Shown: piece by piece, positions 10,101-18,900 of the stretch
Numbering within the stretch: position 1 is the first letter of the stretch
Layout: each line of letters starts with the position of its first letter
Source of the DNA: an uncultured virus (IMG/VR IMGVR_UViG_3300023180_000023)
Taxonomy: Duplodnaviria > Heunggongvirae > Uroviricota > Caudoviricetes
Virus record (IMG/VR): IMGVR_UViG_3300023180_000023
Length of the DNA stretch: 55,290 bases
Strand: one strand, 5' to 3'
Notes under the pieces: generated by a model
Told to the model about the DNA's origin: nothing
The model's input: the letters and a program-made list of their open reading frames with translations, nothing else
Database searches by the model: none
Translations under genes and position numbers: made by a program

Positions 10101-13100
10101 AATTGCTTTCTTACACAGAGATACTGCTTCATCAAATACTGCCTTTGTTCCTGCAGCATATCCAGTAATATGTGCAACTGTATTGTTTTCAATATATGAC
10201 TTACCTGCATCCCAAGTAAATGCGTTACCATCATCTCTGATGTCATCTGCAATCGCCTGAACAATCAGTTCAGTATCTCTAATACACTTAGCATAATTTG
10301 CTTGGAATGAATATACGTTGCTATACAGAACAGTATAGAATGCTTCTTCTGCAATGTACTTCTTGTTATTTTCAATAAGAACAGCAGCATCTGTATATCT
10401 ATTTTCATTACCAATCAGATACATTTGAGCATCTGCTTGTACTAATGCATCTGTATTGGTTGCTTGAATAACAGCATCAATAAAGTATTCTGGATTATTA
10501 TTGCCTGATCTCAGAACGGGTTTGATGCCATCAACTTTAATAATATAGTGCTCTCTTGGTTCTGAATTTAATTGACTAATATCAAACGTTGGTACACCAA
10601 TTAAGTCAAAAGTGACATCATCGACTTTACCAATATCAAAAGAATATGCGTTTTCTCTGAATCCAGTTGCTCTCAGTGAGAAAATACCAAAGTTAGATGC
10701 TGAGTTGGTCAGGGATGCATATCCACCACTTTCAACAACACAACCATCATAAGTAAAGATACAGAAGACCGAAACCAACTGGGTGTAACCATCATTGATG
10801 ACTCGATAACCTACACCACCGAAAGAGATGATTGTAAACGCAGCAGCAACCATCGACTTACCTTGTGGTGGCAGTCCAGGTCTGATAACGTTAGGATCAG
10901 CAACCTTAGCACCGTCAATCTCACATCCAGATCCACCAAGGAACGAGATTACTGAAGAGTTGAAGATGTATGGGGATGCTTCAATAATAGGAAGATCTAA
11001 GAAGTTTCTTGCAAAAGTGACAAACTTAGTTCCATTATCTTCAAATGATTTTTCTGGAAGAATTCTATCGGGAGCAGTTCCTCCAGAAATTACGGTATCA
11101 ATAATATCAAAATATGTATAAATTGCAGATGTTACATTTGCACATACATAATCTCTATTTGCTTCATATGTGTTAGAGATTGTAGTATCTCTGAAAGTAG
11201 TTTCAGTTGAAGTACCTGCGTTAACTAATGTTGTGGAATAGTAGAACTTAGATGTTGCAGTAGCAAATGAAACGAAAGCATCATAACTAGATCCAAGTAC
11301 CGTGAAGTTAATACCAGCGGTATTTGCAACTTCAAACCATCTACGTCCATCATAGGAATTTAAGATTCCATCATCAGTGCTTAACCAGAACTGATAACCA
11401 TCGTGATAAAGTTCATTATTATTCTTTCCAGCAGGTGTTCTTGTAACTGCTGTAAGATTACCAGGAGATCCAGTAGTGCCAATTGCACCATACAGGATCT
11501 GCATATAAGTAGTAATAGCATTTGCTACGTTAGTGCAATAGGGACTATTGCTGTCAATAGTAACATTATTATCAAATGACTGAAGAAGACCTGAAGCATA
11601 GTTTTGAACGTCAGAGGTATTAAATGGTTCATTCCTCATTGCCTGAATGGCAAGAGTTTCTACATATCCAAATACTTCTACTGATTCGTCTTCTTCGCCA
11701 GAGACATGTGCTCCTGTAACATAAAGGTTAGCAGCATCATATACTCTATCATTTCCACCATATTGTAAGTTTAATGTCATTGCTTCAAGGAAGTCCATGA
11801 CATCATCTTTACATGCCTGATTTCCAGTTGGAATGCTGAATCCAGGATTGTTTGCCAACATCTTATTGACAGCAATTTCAGCAATCATTTGCTTGTTTGC
11901 TAAAATAAGATCTCTAGCATCAGCATAACGATCACCTACAAACTCAGCAGCAATACCGAGTGTCCAAGTTTGACCGTCTGTTGATGTATAAATCAGATCT
12001 CCAGATGCAGCAATAAGAATATCTTCGTTTGCAGTAATTCCTGAGAATGTAGTTGCTGTGGTAGTTCTTTCAGTCCAAACTACTCCATCAGATGAAGTAT
12101 ATGCACTACCACCGCTACCTACTGCAACAAATTGAGTATTCTTATAATCCCAAATAACGTCAACTACTGTATGTGTTCCAGAACCATTAACAGGTACAAA
12201 TGAACCTCTTGCTGTCCATTCCTGACCGTTATCTGATGAGAACCATTGAGTTCCACCGAAACCAACCCATTGCTCATTATCATCCCAAGCAATGGTTTGA
12301 ATAGTTGCACTACCAAGAGCATTTTCAGCAATTGCCCAGTTAGCACCAGTTGTGGAGGTAATTACTACACCTTGTCCACCTGCTCCACCAATAACTACAG
12401 TAGTATTGCCATTCCAAATAATATCATTATAATCTGCACCACTAATTGGATTAGTTTGAATAGTCCAAGTTTGACCATCTGGTGAAGTTGCCAGAAGACC
12501 TGAATTACCTACAGCAATAAATTGAGTGTTTACCCATTGTACTGCATTAACCGTTCCACCTAAAGATGCTGAAATTGCAGTAAGATTTGCACCGTTAAAT
12601 CTTTGAATTCTATTTCTAATTGCAAGAACAGCAAGTTCTCTTGCCTGTTCAAATGCATATCTAGTTTCTGTTAATTGACCAGAAATATGCAGAAGTGCAT
12701 TGCCTTCTTTATAGTAATTAGCTGCTTCTAATGTTGCAGCGTTACCACCATGGGAAAGGTCATACTGTACAGCGTTCAGTAAATGCTTAACATCTGTTTT
12801 GCACTGATCTTCATTTGGAATAATTAAAGATGAATATTTTGCTTTAGTTCTAATTACTGCTTCATCTGCAATAAATTCTTTATTTCTTCTGATTAAATCT
12901 GCGCCATCTAAGAATCTATGACCAACTCTTTCAGATTCGTCAAACTTAAATGGTGAGTTCAGCAAACTGAACTTAACGTAGTTGTCAGAAGATGTTACAA
13001 CAGCACCATAAACTGTCAGTGAAAATGGTACTGCTTGGGATCCTAATTGTGATGGAGTATCTTTAAATACAGCAAATACTTTACTAAATCCATCAACTTC

Positions 13101-14660
13101 CTCTACACGCTTAGTAACGTATTGACGACCGTTAAATCTGTTAAGGTCACCACCAGCACCAGAAGATGGAAGATCTGTAAACTCTACCCATTGACCTTCT
13201 TCAAATGTATGATAATTTTGTGTTCTAAAGAATAACCAATCTGGATAGGCACTATCATAATAGCAGTTCTCAATAAGATAATTAGGATGATCAGTTACGT
13301 GCTCAGTAACTTCTCCTTCAGGTCTTAATGATTTGATATTAGTTGCAACAAACTGATATTGAGGTATGCTAGTATTAAATGATAATTCTACAGTTCCATT
13401 GAGAGCAGCACCAGATTGGTGAGATGGTTCGCTAGATCCAGAAGTACCAGCAACGGAAACATCATAAAGTACATTGTCAGTAAATACTTGTTGACCTAAT
13501 GTATATGCAGTTTCTGGGGTCCATCTAATTGCACCTACAGCAGGAACTGGAGTATATCTAAATGTATCACCTTGCTCTAATGCACCTCTTACTGTATCAA
13601 CAGTAATAAATCCTTTATCAACACTAGTTTGATCAGCAACATTTAAACTATCAGGAAGACCGAAACTTACTTCTCTGATAATTGCTCTACCACCAGTTGC
13701 AACACCAACGATCTCATCACCTACTTCAAATACAGGGTCGTTTGTGCTAGCACGGTCAAACTGAACCTGGAAAATACCTTCACCAAAAATTTGGTAACCA
13801 ATTGGGAATTCTCTACCAAATTGACCACCAAGAGTTTTATCATAATACATTCTTTGCTTATCGTCAAAGACGTAAGCATAGTCCCAAGTACCTACAGGTT
13901 TTTCAAATCCATCAACTACTTCGATCTTGTCACGGAATGTGACACCGATCATGTAGTTTTCATTCTGATTCTTGAACATGTGCTTGTTCGGATTCTGCGG
14001 GCGAATGATGCAGAGACGAATGTTATCGCCCACAACCGAACACTTATCAGGAATGGAGATTGGGTTATCTTCTAAGTAATCTCCACCTGCAACAATCAGG
14101 GTCTCCTTATCTGGAGTAGTACCTGCAATCTGTGCTGCTTTCTTAATTGTTCTTACTGGTTTCGTAGCAGAACGACCATCAAAGTCGTCGTTACCAATCT
14201 GCTCAGAAACATAGATACGACCACCAACGTCGTTAGTTGCAATGTTATAAACAAAGTTTGTGGTTGCAACTTTATTCGAGTCGTCGTCAAATGCTGGAGT
14301 TTCTGCCGTTGGGAAGAAAGTACTACCAGTTTCTGGATCAACAAAGGATTGAAGATTTGGTGCCTTCAGATTTAACTGAGGATTAACAATGGTATCAATG
14401 TCCAGGTTATTGATACGTGCAGTATCAGAAATGATAGAAGTTGTCGTTCTAATCTGACCTTCAATATCAAGTTCATACTGTGGATTTACAGTATTAATAC
14501 CAACACGGACCAGTTTATCTACGTCTTGACTTAATTGGGCAAACATTGCAGATTTTTCATCTGCACCCCCACCCAATCTCAAGTTTAAACTATTATCATT
14601 TTTAATCTTAAGTGAGCTTGACTTAAGAATCTCCTTGTCAGCATTAAATTCTAACGCCAT
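4146..14660 (-). CDS. Giant tail-fibre-like virion protein (3504 aa): pectin-lyase-like beta-helix region, three phycobiliprotein-like helical repeats, BNR-type propeller, GSGY repeats, CBM5/12-like modules, C-terminal phage fibre domain
   Basis: RVGINTVNP and GNVGIGVT fibre motifs; IYVSEQIGNDDFDGRSATKPVRTIKKA beta-helix cap; repeated S.DG.TW Asp-boxes; C-terminal SKSFLIDHPTK...LEGPEHGVYVRG...AERKDV domain common in cyanophage fibres. Confidence 0.85.
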   Translation of the reverse strand: MALEFNADKEILKSSSLKIKNDNSLNLRLGGGADEKSAMFAQLSQDVDKLVRVGINTVNPQYELDIEGQIRTTTSIISDTARINNLDIDTIVNPQLNLKAPNLQSFVDPETGSTFFPTAETPAFDDDSNKVATTNFVYNIATNDVGGRIYVSEQIGNDDFDGRSATKPVRTIKKAAQIAGTTPDKETLIVAGGDYLEDNPISIPDKCSVVGDNIRLCIIRPQNPNKHMFKNQNENYMIGVTFRDKIEVVDGFEKPVGTWDYAYVFDDKQRMYYDKTLGGQFGREFPIGYQIFGEGIFQVQFDRASTNDPVFEVGDEIVGVATGGRAIIREVSFGLPDSLNVADQTSVDKGFITVDTVRGALEQGDTFRYTPVPAVGAIRWTPETAYTLGQQVFTDNVLYDVSVAGTSGSSEPSHQSGAALNGTVELSFNTSIPQYQFVATNIKSLRPEGEVTEHVTDHPNYLIENCYYDSAYPDWLFFRTQNYHTFEEGQWVEFTDLPSSGAGGDLNRFNGRQYVTKRVEEVDGFSKVFAVFKDTPSQLGSQAVPFSLTVYGAVVTSSDNYVKFSLLNSPFKFDESERVGHRFLDGADLIRRNKEFIADEAVIRTKAKYSSLIIPNEDQCKTDVKHLLNAVQYDLSHGGNAATLEAANYYKEGNALLHISGQLTETRYAFEQARELAVLAIRNRIQRFNGANLTAISASLGGTVNAVQWVNTQFIAVGNSGLLATSPDGQTWTIQTNPISGADYNDIIWNGNTTVVIGGAGGQGVVITSTTGANWAIAENALGSATIQTIAWDDNEQWVGFGGTQWFSSDNGQEWTARGSFVPVNGSGTHTVVDVIWDYKNTQFVAVGSGGSAYTSSDGVVWTERTTTATTFSGITANEDILIAASGDLIYTSTDGQTWTLGIAAEFVGDRYADARDLILANKQMIAEIAVNKMLANNPGFSIPTGNQACKDDVMDFLEAMTLNLQYGGNDRVYDAANLYVTGAHVSGEEDESVEVFGYVETLAIQAMRNEPFNTSDVQNYASGLLQSFDNNVTIDSNSPYCTNVANAITTYMQILYGAIGTTGSPGNLTAVTRTPAGKNNNELYHDGYQFWLSTDDGILNSYDGRRWFEVANTAGINFTVLGSSYDAFVSFATATSKFYYSTTLVNAGTSTETTFRDTTISNTYEANRDYVCANVTSAIYTYFDIIDTVISGGTAPDRILPEKSFEDNGTKFVTFARNFLDLPIIEASPYIFNSSVISFLGGSGCEIDGAKVADPNVIRPGLPPQGKSMVAAAFTIISFGGVGYRVINDGYTQLVSVFCIFTYDGCVVESGGYASLTNSASNFGIFSLRATGFRENAYSFDIGKVDDVTFDLIGVPTFDISQLNSEPREHYIIKVDGIKPVLRSGNNNPEYFIDAVIQATNTDALVQADAQMYLIGNENRYTDAAVLIENNKKYIAEEAFYTVLYSNVYSFQANYAKCIRDTELIVQAIADDIRDDGNAFTWDAGKSYIENNTVAHITGYAAGTKAVFDEAVSLCKKAINNQLREIGTTLTGAETTAGYYVAQYTTVAPYIDLAVIHDVSSPAGAVGTASDLYSTSDCANVQAAIDTLNTLIDEILDNPTVTTPLPSGAVRDNGQFLLDNSTRYKLLNHPINLHRPSICNSSSHTWEFSGSGVDYNALPQNGGKRGSEDTADYEQVSQQNGRVYASGTDELGNFKVGYFANIENRTGNITFGGTVEIEEVAFLKIKGGDIEIVGFSGDEKLGDITLGSTELNSDRILATQASIREYITNNYGNYKNKPYGTTPSPGNLVQLDSTGRINIDQIPALRPFNVFTVADLQARLDLEGALAGDIVIQLAPNNISYILNNDTYAQILEFTPDASYTFSVNDVVSGSPSTAQGTVIEYTHGELSPNVSIISGGNSYTTAPTITVGIEYANNTVYTAGQQIANGGNLYTVATNGTSATSGSGPSHTSGTQTDGTVDFEYVGTQATVTAQIDNNRVSVINVTNRGSGYTSVPVLNIDNTGTGGTGASATVSIRSRLHVTLIGNVKFAVADDIQDFSGTPQTVAVTNVVNTSGQLESNWVQLTSTNIDAGSITTGIINPARLANITSNYPASSNTYLRGDSKFVPVVSSIRKNAAETPLVISSSNQRSTYIGSVEIIDGGENYGISTLGGGTGTLQSQQVVGGAGEGFLADFTVSDGAVKSIAVTNGGTGYRLVVDENVTPVVFAEEPPTVIFKDGNGNVLVNVVAKAITTNGSVTEIRILDGGSGFTSAPNIEFTGVGNSAAATATIADGVISRVAVVEGGLNYNADFSITTLPAAITNPNGDDDADLEAKVADTSKIFNDITIDIKRGDNLTIAGDDFSNLGVWRFYKEQWNFGPDGAITLKEGAGSGLDADQLDGEDKEFYTDASNIDAGTLGPDYLSGEYIIDITGQAGTALNLTISDVRQQTLAPSNAPLGTSAAWKKNTDDGLLDGGTDHTKYTTRRGIGTGTTFDGYAITQFAFTDNNNQWIRGHGGNFVGSIAITKSGNGYTPGEYKAVELGGGEGHGLKANITVGTNGKITSVIIVDTGYGYNLTGNAPPTFTCVLPTNIFGVDNGRQYDSGWVRWASGQSYNIGQKVYVPETIGFGRLYDVVTAGTSGTQEPSHTSGTAQATSGTAVYDYAGSLGAELTATLATVSANQWSSWYKLWSSGNDGAGSDLDAGFLRGKSDTFLRSGTNMNYGYLSNRRLPGNLSPKSITDSVSITRFNPNVQINNGSIYEFIIDNLLLTADDLQMLDTGSSSANALGQTFFTLNLYTDTNVNQGTINILDVVPEYEANYVWEVGYSAVTAVDFDPETLYTQGQLVYSIIAGTLGEDVYLYEVTTAGESGTVSLSHTSGTVTNGTAAFRFVSTGIPPSREVQYNNNIYNTDEFIRTPKVYDNNLVLGIGTLVIANQNLYEVTTAGTTSSSGNGPSHNTGTATDGSVGFTYVSPRPNIIPIHGPADGSQNGVTWLRSSQLSHTRVTAELISGILNNTVVKFGTAVEPATYFPIADFGITSSNAYSINKHKLHTDGTGNPVITLGNESEARSGQIRFNSSGNAFTLPSGDPNPDGYDVRIIATGGTSTVGTGTINFQANAAQVNGNNIWHAGNITFGVGIDSVNQVYDTGANSKGVIRDSNGNIGFNYAYGDLIGSASENLPLSGGTLTGQLKQQVTDSTAWSASVTGQYSYEPYPQELAVYNTEAGNSSTFAGLWLQAGRASDGARISSARIAAVKAGDYQTDLVFGVRDTTFYERVRIRYNGNVGIGVTAANITSKLTVNASGGAGWNQAASGAGVLFKNFDVDSGYPSFLTLDNAFDRDIGMAFARQGTTRWVLFNDGASSPNDIFRITNSNGDYVFSMYQRSDAADVTTSRVGMYTGTNVPTHTLTVNGTFSAKSKSFLIDHPTKENYKLQHGSLEGPEHGVYVRGRVTDGVITLPDYWLQLVDEDTITVQLTAIGDSGNRWVIDVADNKVTTGGGAAFYFVQAERKDVPKMEVEMEIKEVQE

Positions 14661-14683
14661 GTTCTTCTATAATCCTTCTGTGT

Positions 14684-14690
14684 TATTTAG
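14684..14690 (-). promoter_or_regulatory. Late promoter variant CTAAATA
   Basis: Intergenic, about 23 nt upstream of the ATG at 14660. Confidence 0.6.
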
Positions 14691-14696
14691 TAATTA

Positions 14697-15098
14697 TTAT
14701 TGAGGTGGAAGAGTTCTGTTCCCTTCATATTGGGATAATGAAAGATTTTCTTTTACATATCCTATTGTTTCTTCATCACATGCTTGAGTGTAATCATACA
14801 TGTATGAATATTGAAGTTTACAATCTGGATATGTAGATTCCATAAAATCCATAAATGCACTGACATTTACTGGAGAAACATCATCCAAATATACAGTAAA
14901 AGTCAGTGTCCTGCGTTCTTCATTATATGCACGTTCCTTGATATACAAATCACCCTCAGTATCAGGTAAATCATAGAGAAGTGCTTGGGCATCTTCTCTA
15001 CTAATGTTTCTATATCGATATTCTACTTCATAGTCATGGATACCAGTTGCCACTGGTTTATTATTATGTCCTTGTGGACTTTGATCTTCTTCAGGCAT
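14697..15098 (-). CDS. Hypothetical acidic protein (133 aa)
   Basis: ORF fills the gap between structural genes and has its own late promoter; no family recognised. Confidence 0.7.
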   Translation of the reverse strand: MPEEDQSPQGHNNKPVATGIHDYEVEYRYRNISREDAQALLYDLPDTEGDLYIKERAYNEERRTLTFTVYLDDVSPVNVSAFMDFMESTYPDCKLQYSYMYDYTQACDEETIGYVKENLSLSQYEGNRTLPPQ

Positions 15099-15124
15099 GT
15101 TATAATTAATTTAAATCTATATTT

Positions 15125-15132
15125 TATTTATT
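15125..15132 (-). promoter_or_regulatory. Late promoter AATAAATA
   Basis: NATAAATA match upstream of the ATG at 15098, overlapping the upstream TAA. Confidence 0.65.
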
Positions 15133-15901
15133 AATCTCTTTCAGTTACTACTACACTAACATTTCCAACCCAACGAATACCTGTTCCAATACTTTGTAAA
15201 GTTCCATTCGTTGTTACTGACGCTTGGAATGAAAAATCTTTAGTTGTTTGGTTTACACTAGGAACCAATGACCATTCATGCCCAGGAGGCACATTGTCTC
15301 TTACAATAGTACTAGAAACTGCTGCAATTGATAAAGTTTGATCTGGTAAATCATCTGTTAATACTGCTGTTTCAATTTTAATAGCATACTCCCATTTTGA
15401 ACCATAATTAGTAAATTCTACAGTACCTAAAGTTGGATTTAATTCATCAAATGGAGTACCCACATCAAAAGTAAAATTATTATCATCTACTACAACTACT
15501 TGATAATTTCCATTTAATGCTGCAGCAGTAGAATCAAAGGAAGCAGTAATAGTATCTCCAGTGGTTAATGTGTGATTTGATAAAGAAATTGAAACAATAG
15601 ATTGATTGGCATTGATTGTATAAAGACCAATCGGATATCCTTCCCAAGTAGCAATAGCAAACACACTATTAAATGAAAGTTTATTTCTTTCTAGTAAATG
15701 TGCTGGAAGTAGAATGGCAGAACTACTAACATCATCTAAAGTTGCAAAAGATACATACTCTTTTTTGAATGCAGTGGTGTTCAGTACGTTTGTTACTTTT
15801 ACTGAATTTGCATCAATAATATCTCTATTTGCATCAATGATGGTGGCTTCTTTTACTGAGAAACCACCTTCAGATTGTAAGGACTTTAGGACTCTTGCCA
15901 T
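15131..15901 (-). CDS. Virion structural protein (256 aa)
   Basis: SEGGFSV N-terminal motif and an internal NHTLTTGDTI...LNGNYQV...DDNNFTF beta module seen in cyanophage structural proteins; GAGGT ribosome-binding site upstream. Confidence 0.7.
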   Translation of the reverse strand: MARVLKSLQSEGGFSVKEATIIDANRDIIDANSVKVTNVLNTTAFKKEYVSFATLDDVSSSAILLPAHLLERNKLSFNSVFAIATWEGYPIGLYTINANQSIVSISLSNHTLTTGDTITASFDSTAAALNGNYQVVVVDDNNFTFDVGTPFDELNPTLGTVEFTNYGSKWEYAIKIETAVLTDDLPDQTLSIAAVSSTIVRDNVPPGHEWSLVPSVNQTTKDFSFQASVTTNGTLQSIGTGIRWVGNVSVVVTERD

Positions 15902-15903
15902 TA

Positions 15904-18900
15904 CTACCTCTTAACTGTATGGGAAACGATCTTAATATTGTATGTAGTTCTGTTTTCAATGGCAGATGCAAAACTTACTGTTTCATCTGCGTTAGCACTG
16001 ATATTATTTGTAGTTGATGCGGAGGTAACAAACATGTCATGCAAATTACCTTCACCATCTACTCTGGTTCCAACAAAGATGACATCTAAATCACCCGCAT
16101 TGAGTAGATTACCATCATAATTAACTGGTTGATCTAGTGCTCCATAAGTTCTGGATCTTGATGTATATGAAAGATTGTCACCATCTGCAATAATAACACC
16201 GTTAATATTTTGCTCATTGTCATTGGTTCCAGAGTAATCAAGTGCAGCAGTAAACATAAACTGACCGTTTGTAGGATTGCCTGCTACACTAAAGATTTCA
16301 GAATCAATACCCGTAGAAACTACTAATCCAACTTCTGACAGATCATTCAGATCATAATATCTTACTTGAATTTGAGAAGTTGCAGTATCGTAATACATCT
16401 TCAATACTCTGGTCGTTCCAACTACTGCCCATTGAATACTAGTACCAGAACCAATACTAGCAGTGGTTTCTTCGGTTAATGTTGAACCAGCAATAGAGTA
16501 TTTTCTAACTGCTCCCGAAGTAAAGTTTACATATAAGTAAGTTCCATCAGTAAATGCATCTTGCAATCCAGTACCACCAAGTAATAAAGATGGTGTTGAC
16601 CAAGATACGCTATTAATAGAACCACCAGTCACGGTTCCATTTACTTCATATACTCCAGAAGTAGTATGATAAACAATAATCATTCTTCCATTAACACTCA
16701 AGATTTTACATGTTCTGGAATCTCTACCACCTGATAAACTATAAATTAGAATGCTATCAGAGGTAAATGTACCAAGAGATCCAAATGTAATATTACTATT
16801 GTTAGGATCTACGTCTCCAACAATATAATCACCGCTATTTGATGCCCATACGATTCTATTTGTGGCAGAATCAAATGCCATAGAAGCATGATCAGAATTA
16901 CTAGTAGCAGTTAATGGAATTTGTGTACCAAATACAATATTGTTATGTTCTACTGTACCAACTCTAAATCCACCATTAGCAAAATTGGCATTGTCATTGG
17001 CATAAATTACAACTCTATCTGCATCGGTATCAATAACTGATGCAATATTTCTAGTAAAGAATGTTGAAGAAGTAATATCTCCAGATCTTTCTGCTGCAAC
17101 AGGAATGTAAGTATCTGTTGCACTTCCAAGTTCGGTAACTCTTACTTGAACATTTGAACCTGACAGATCCGCTTCAACGTCAGCAAGAACTACATCAGTA
17201 TACAGTTTATTATTTTCTGTATAAAGAATATCCTGACCATTACCTTTTACTAAGTAAGAAACTTCAGAGTATTGCTTTCTTGGATATGCATCTGGAATTG
17301 GGAATTGCTCTTCAATCTCAACCATAAACTTACCTGACCATGCTTCTGCCCATGGGAACATAGTTGCCGAAACAATGTTACCAGCAGCAGCATCTAAAGT
17401 AGATGTTTGGGTAAAGATCTTAGTGTTTGCAAGTTCCAGTTTTTGAAGACCTGCATCAAGAACAGTCAGATAATTATCTGCGGTAGAAGAGAATCCTCTG
17501 TTAATTTGCAGAGCACCATTGTTGCTTAACTTAAGAAGTTGATAAGAATCAGAAGATGCTGGTTCAAATCCAAATGTCAGAGCATCTCTATCAGTTTTAA
17601 TGATTTCATCAGTTGCTGTGGAAGAAATTTCTAACTGATTTGTGCTTAATGTGAATTTACCGTTAACATTTACATTAACGTTATCGACGTTGACATTAAG
17701 GTCATCGTATCTATAATCCAACCATGTAAGATTGACATCTCCATTTGCCACAGTTCCTGTGGTGTGGTCAGGTGCTGAAGTTCCATACGTACCGTCATTA
17801 TCAATACTATAAACATTATCCCCAGAGAACACATATTGTTGAATATTGTTCCCTTCCTCATCTTGTACAAATTGAGTTACACCTGCTTCAGATACCCACT
17901 CTACAGCAGTTCCATAAGAGTTAGAATTGATTGTATTAAGAGTGTCAAGATTCAGTTCAGTTTGACTGATTCTTAATGTTTGCGTACCATCATTATAGAA
18001 CCAAATATTATTATCATCTGCACCTGGGAATTGCTCACCAATTACATAAGTATTGCCATCAACATCTCTTACTCCACCAAGGGATACAAAATAGTTTCCA
18101 TTATAACCTTCAAACTGATTTCTATCAGTATTATATCTTACAGAACCTTGAAGAGGACCACCAGGACGATTTGCATCACTGCCAACAGGAAGTGCAAGTG
18201 CTCCAGAACCACCAATTACAACTTGAGAATTTGCTTCTGCATTAAGGGTTAAATTGCCAAGTGTAGTTGAAATTGTATTATTATTGAGCAGCAGTGTAGT
18301 TGCAATTTCAACGCCATCAGGAGATGCTACAAGTTTCTTAGCGGTAACTACACCATCTACAGCATCAAACTGAATATTATTGTATTCTGCAAGAGTATTA
18401 ACTGTAAGTGAAAATCCTGCAGGAAAATATCCATTGTGGGCAATAGTTGCCGATCCGTTTACAACAGAACTTGCAATAGAAGATACTGTAAAGTTAGCAC
18501 CTGAACCATTAGTTAATGAGTTAACAATCACATAAACAGTTACTGGATCCCCAGCAATTTCTCCAATTTCTTCTCCACCTCCACCTCCACCTCCAAACAG
18601 TGAACCATCAAACTCTAGGATTTCTCCTACTTGATATCCAATACCGTTTGAAACAACTGAAACGCTAGTGATATCACCTGCAGCATTAGAAGTAAATCTA
18701 ATTATAGCATTTGCACCTGTTCCTGTTGTCGAAGATTGGGATAAGTCATAAGTTTGAGTGTCTCCATATGCACCGTTGTCACCACCTGAAGTAATAGCGA
18801 CACCAACAATACCAGTGTTAATAAAGTCATTGTCAAGAGTAAATGCATCTCCAACTTGGAAAAGATCACCTGAAAGATTTCCATTTGGTGAAATAGATGT

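Noticed and set aside
18574..18595. (GGAGGT)n run encoding poly-Gly as a contingency locus
   Set aside because: A short in-frame linker; unit changes would not shift the frame, and nothing indicates phase variation.
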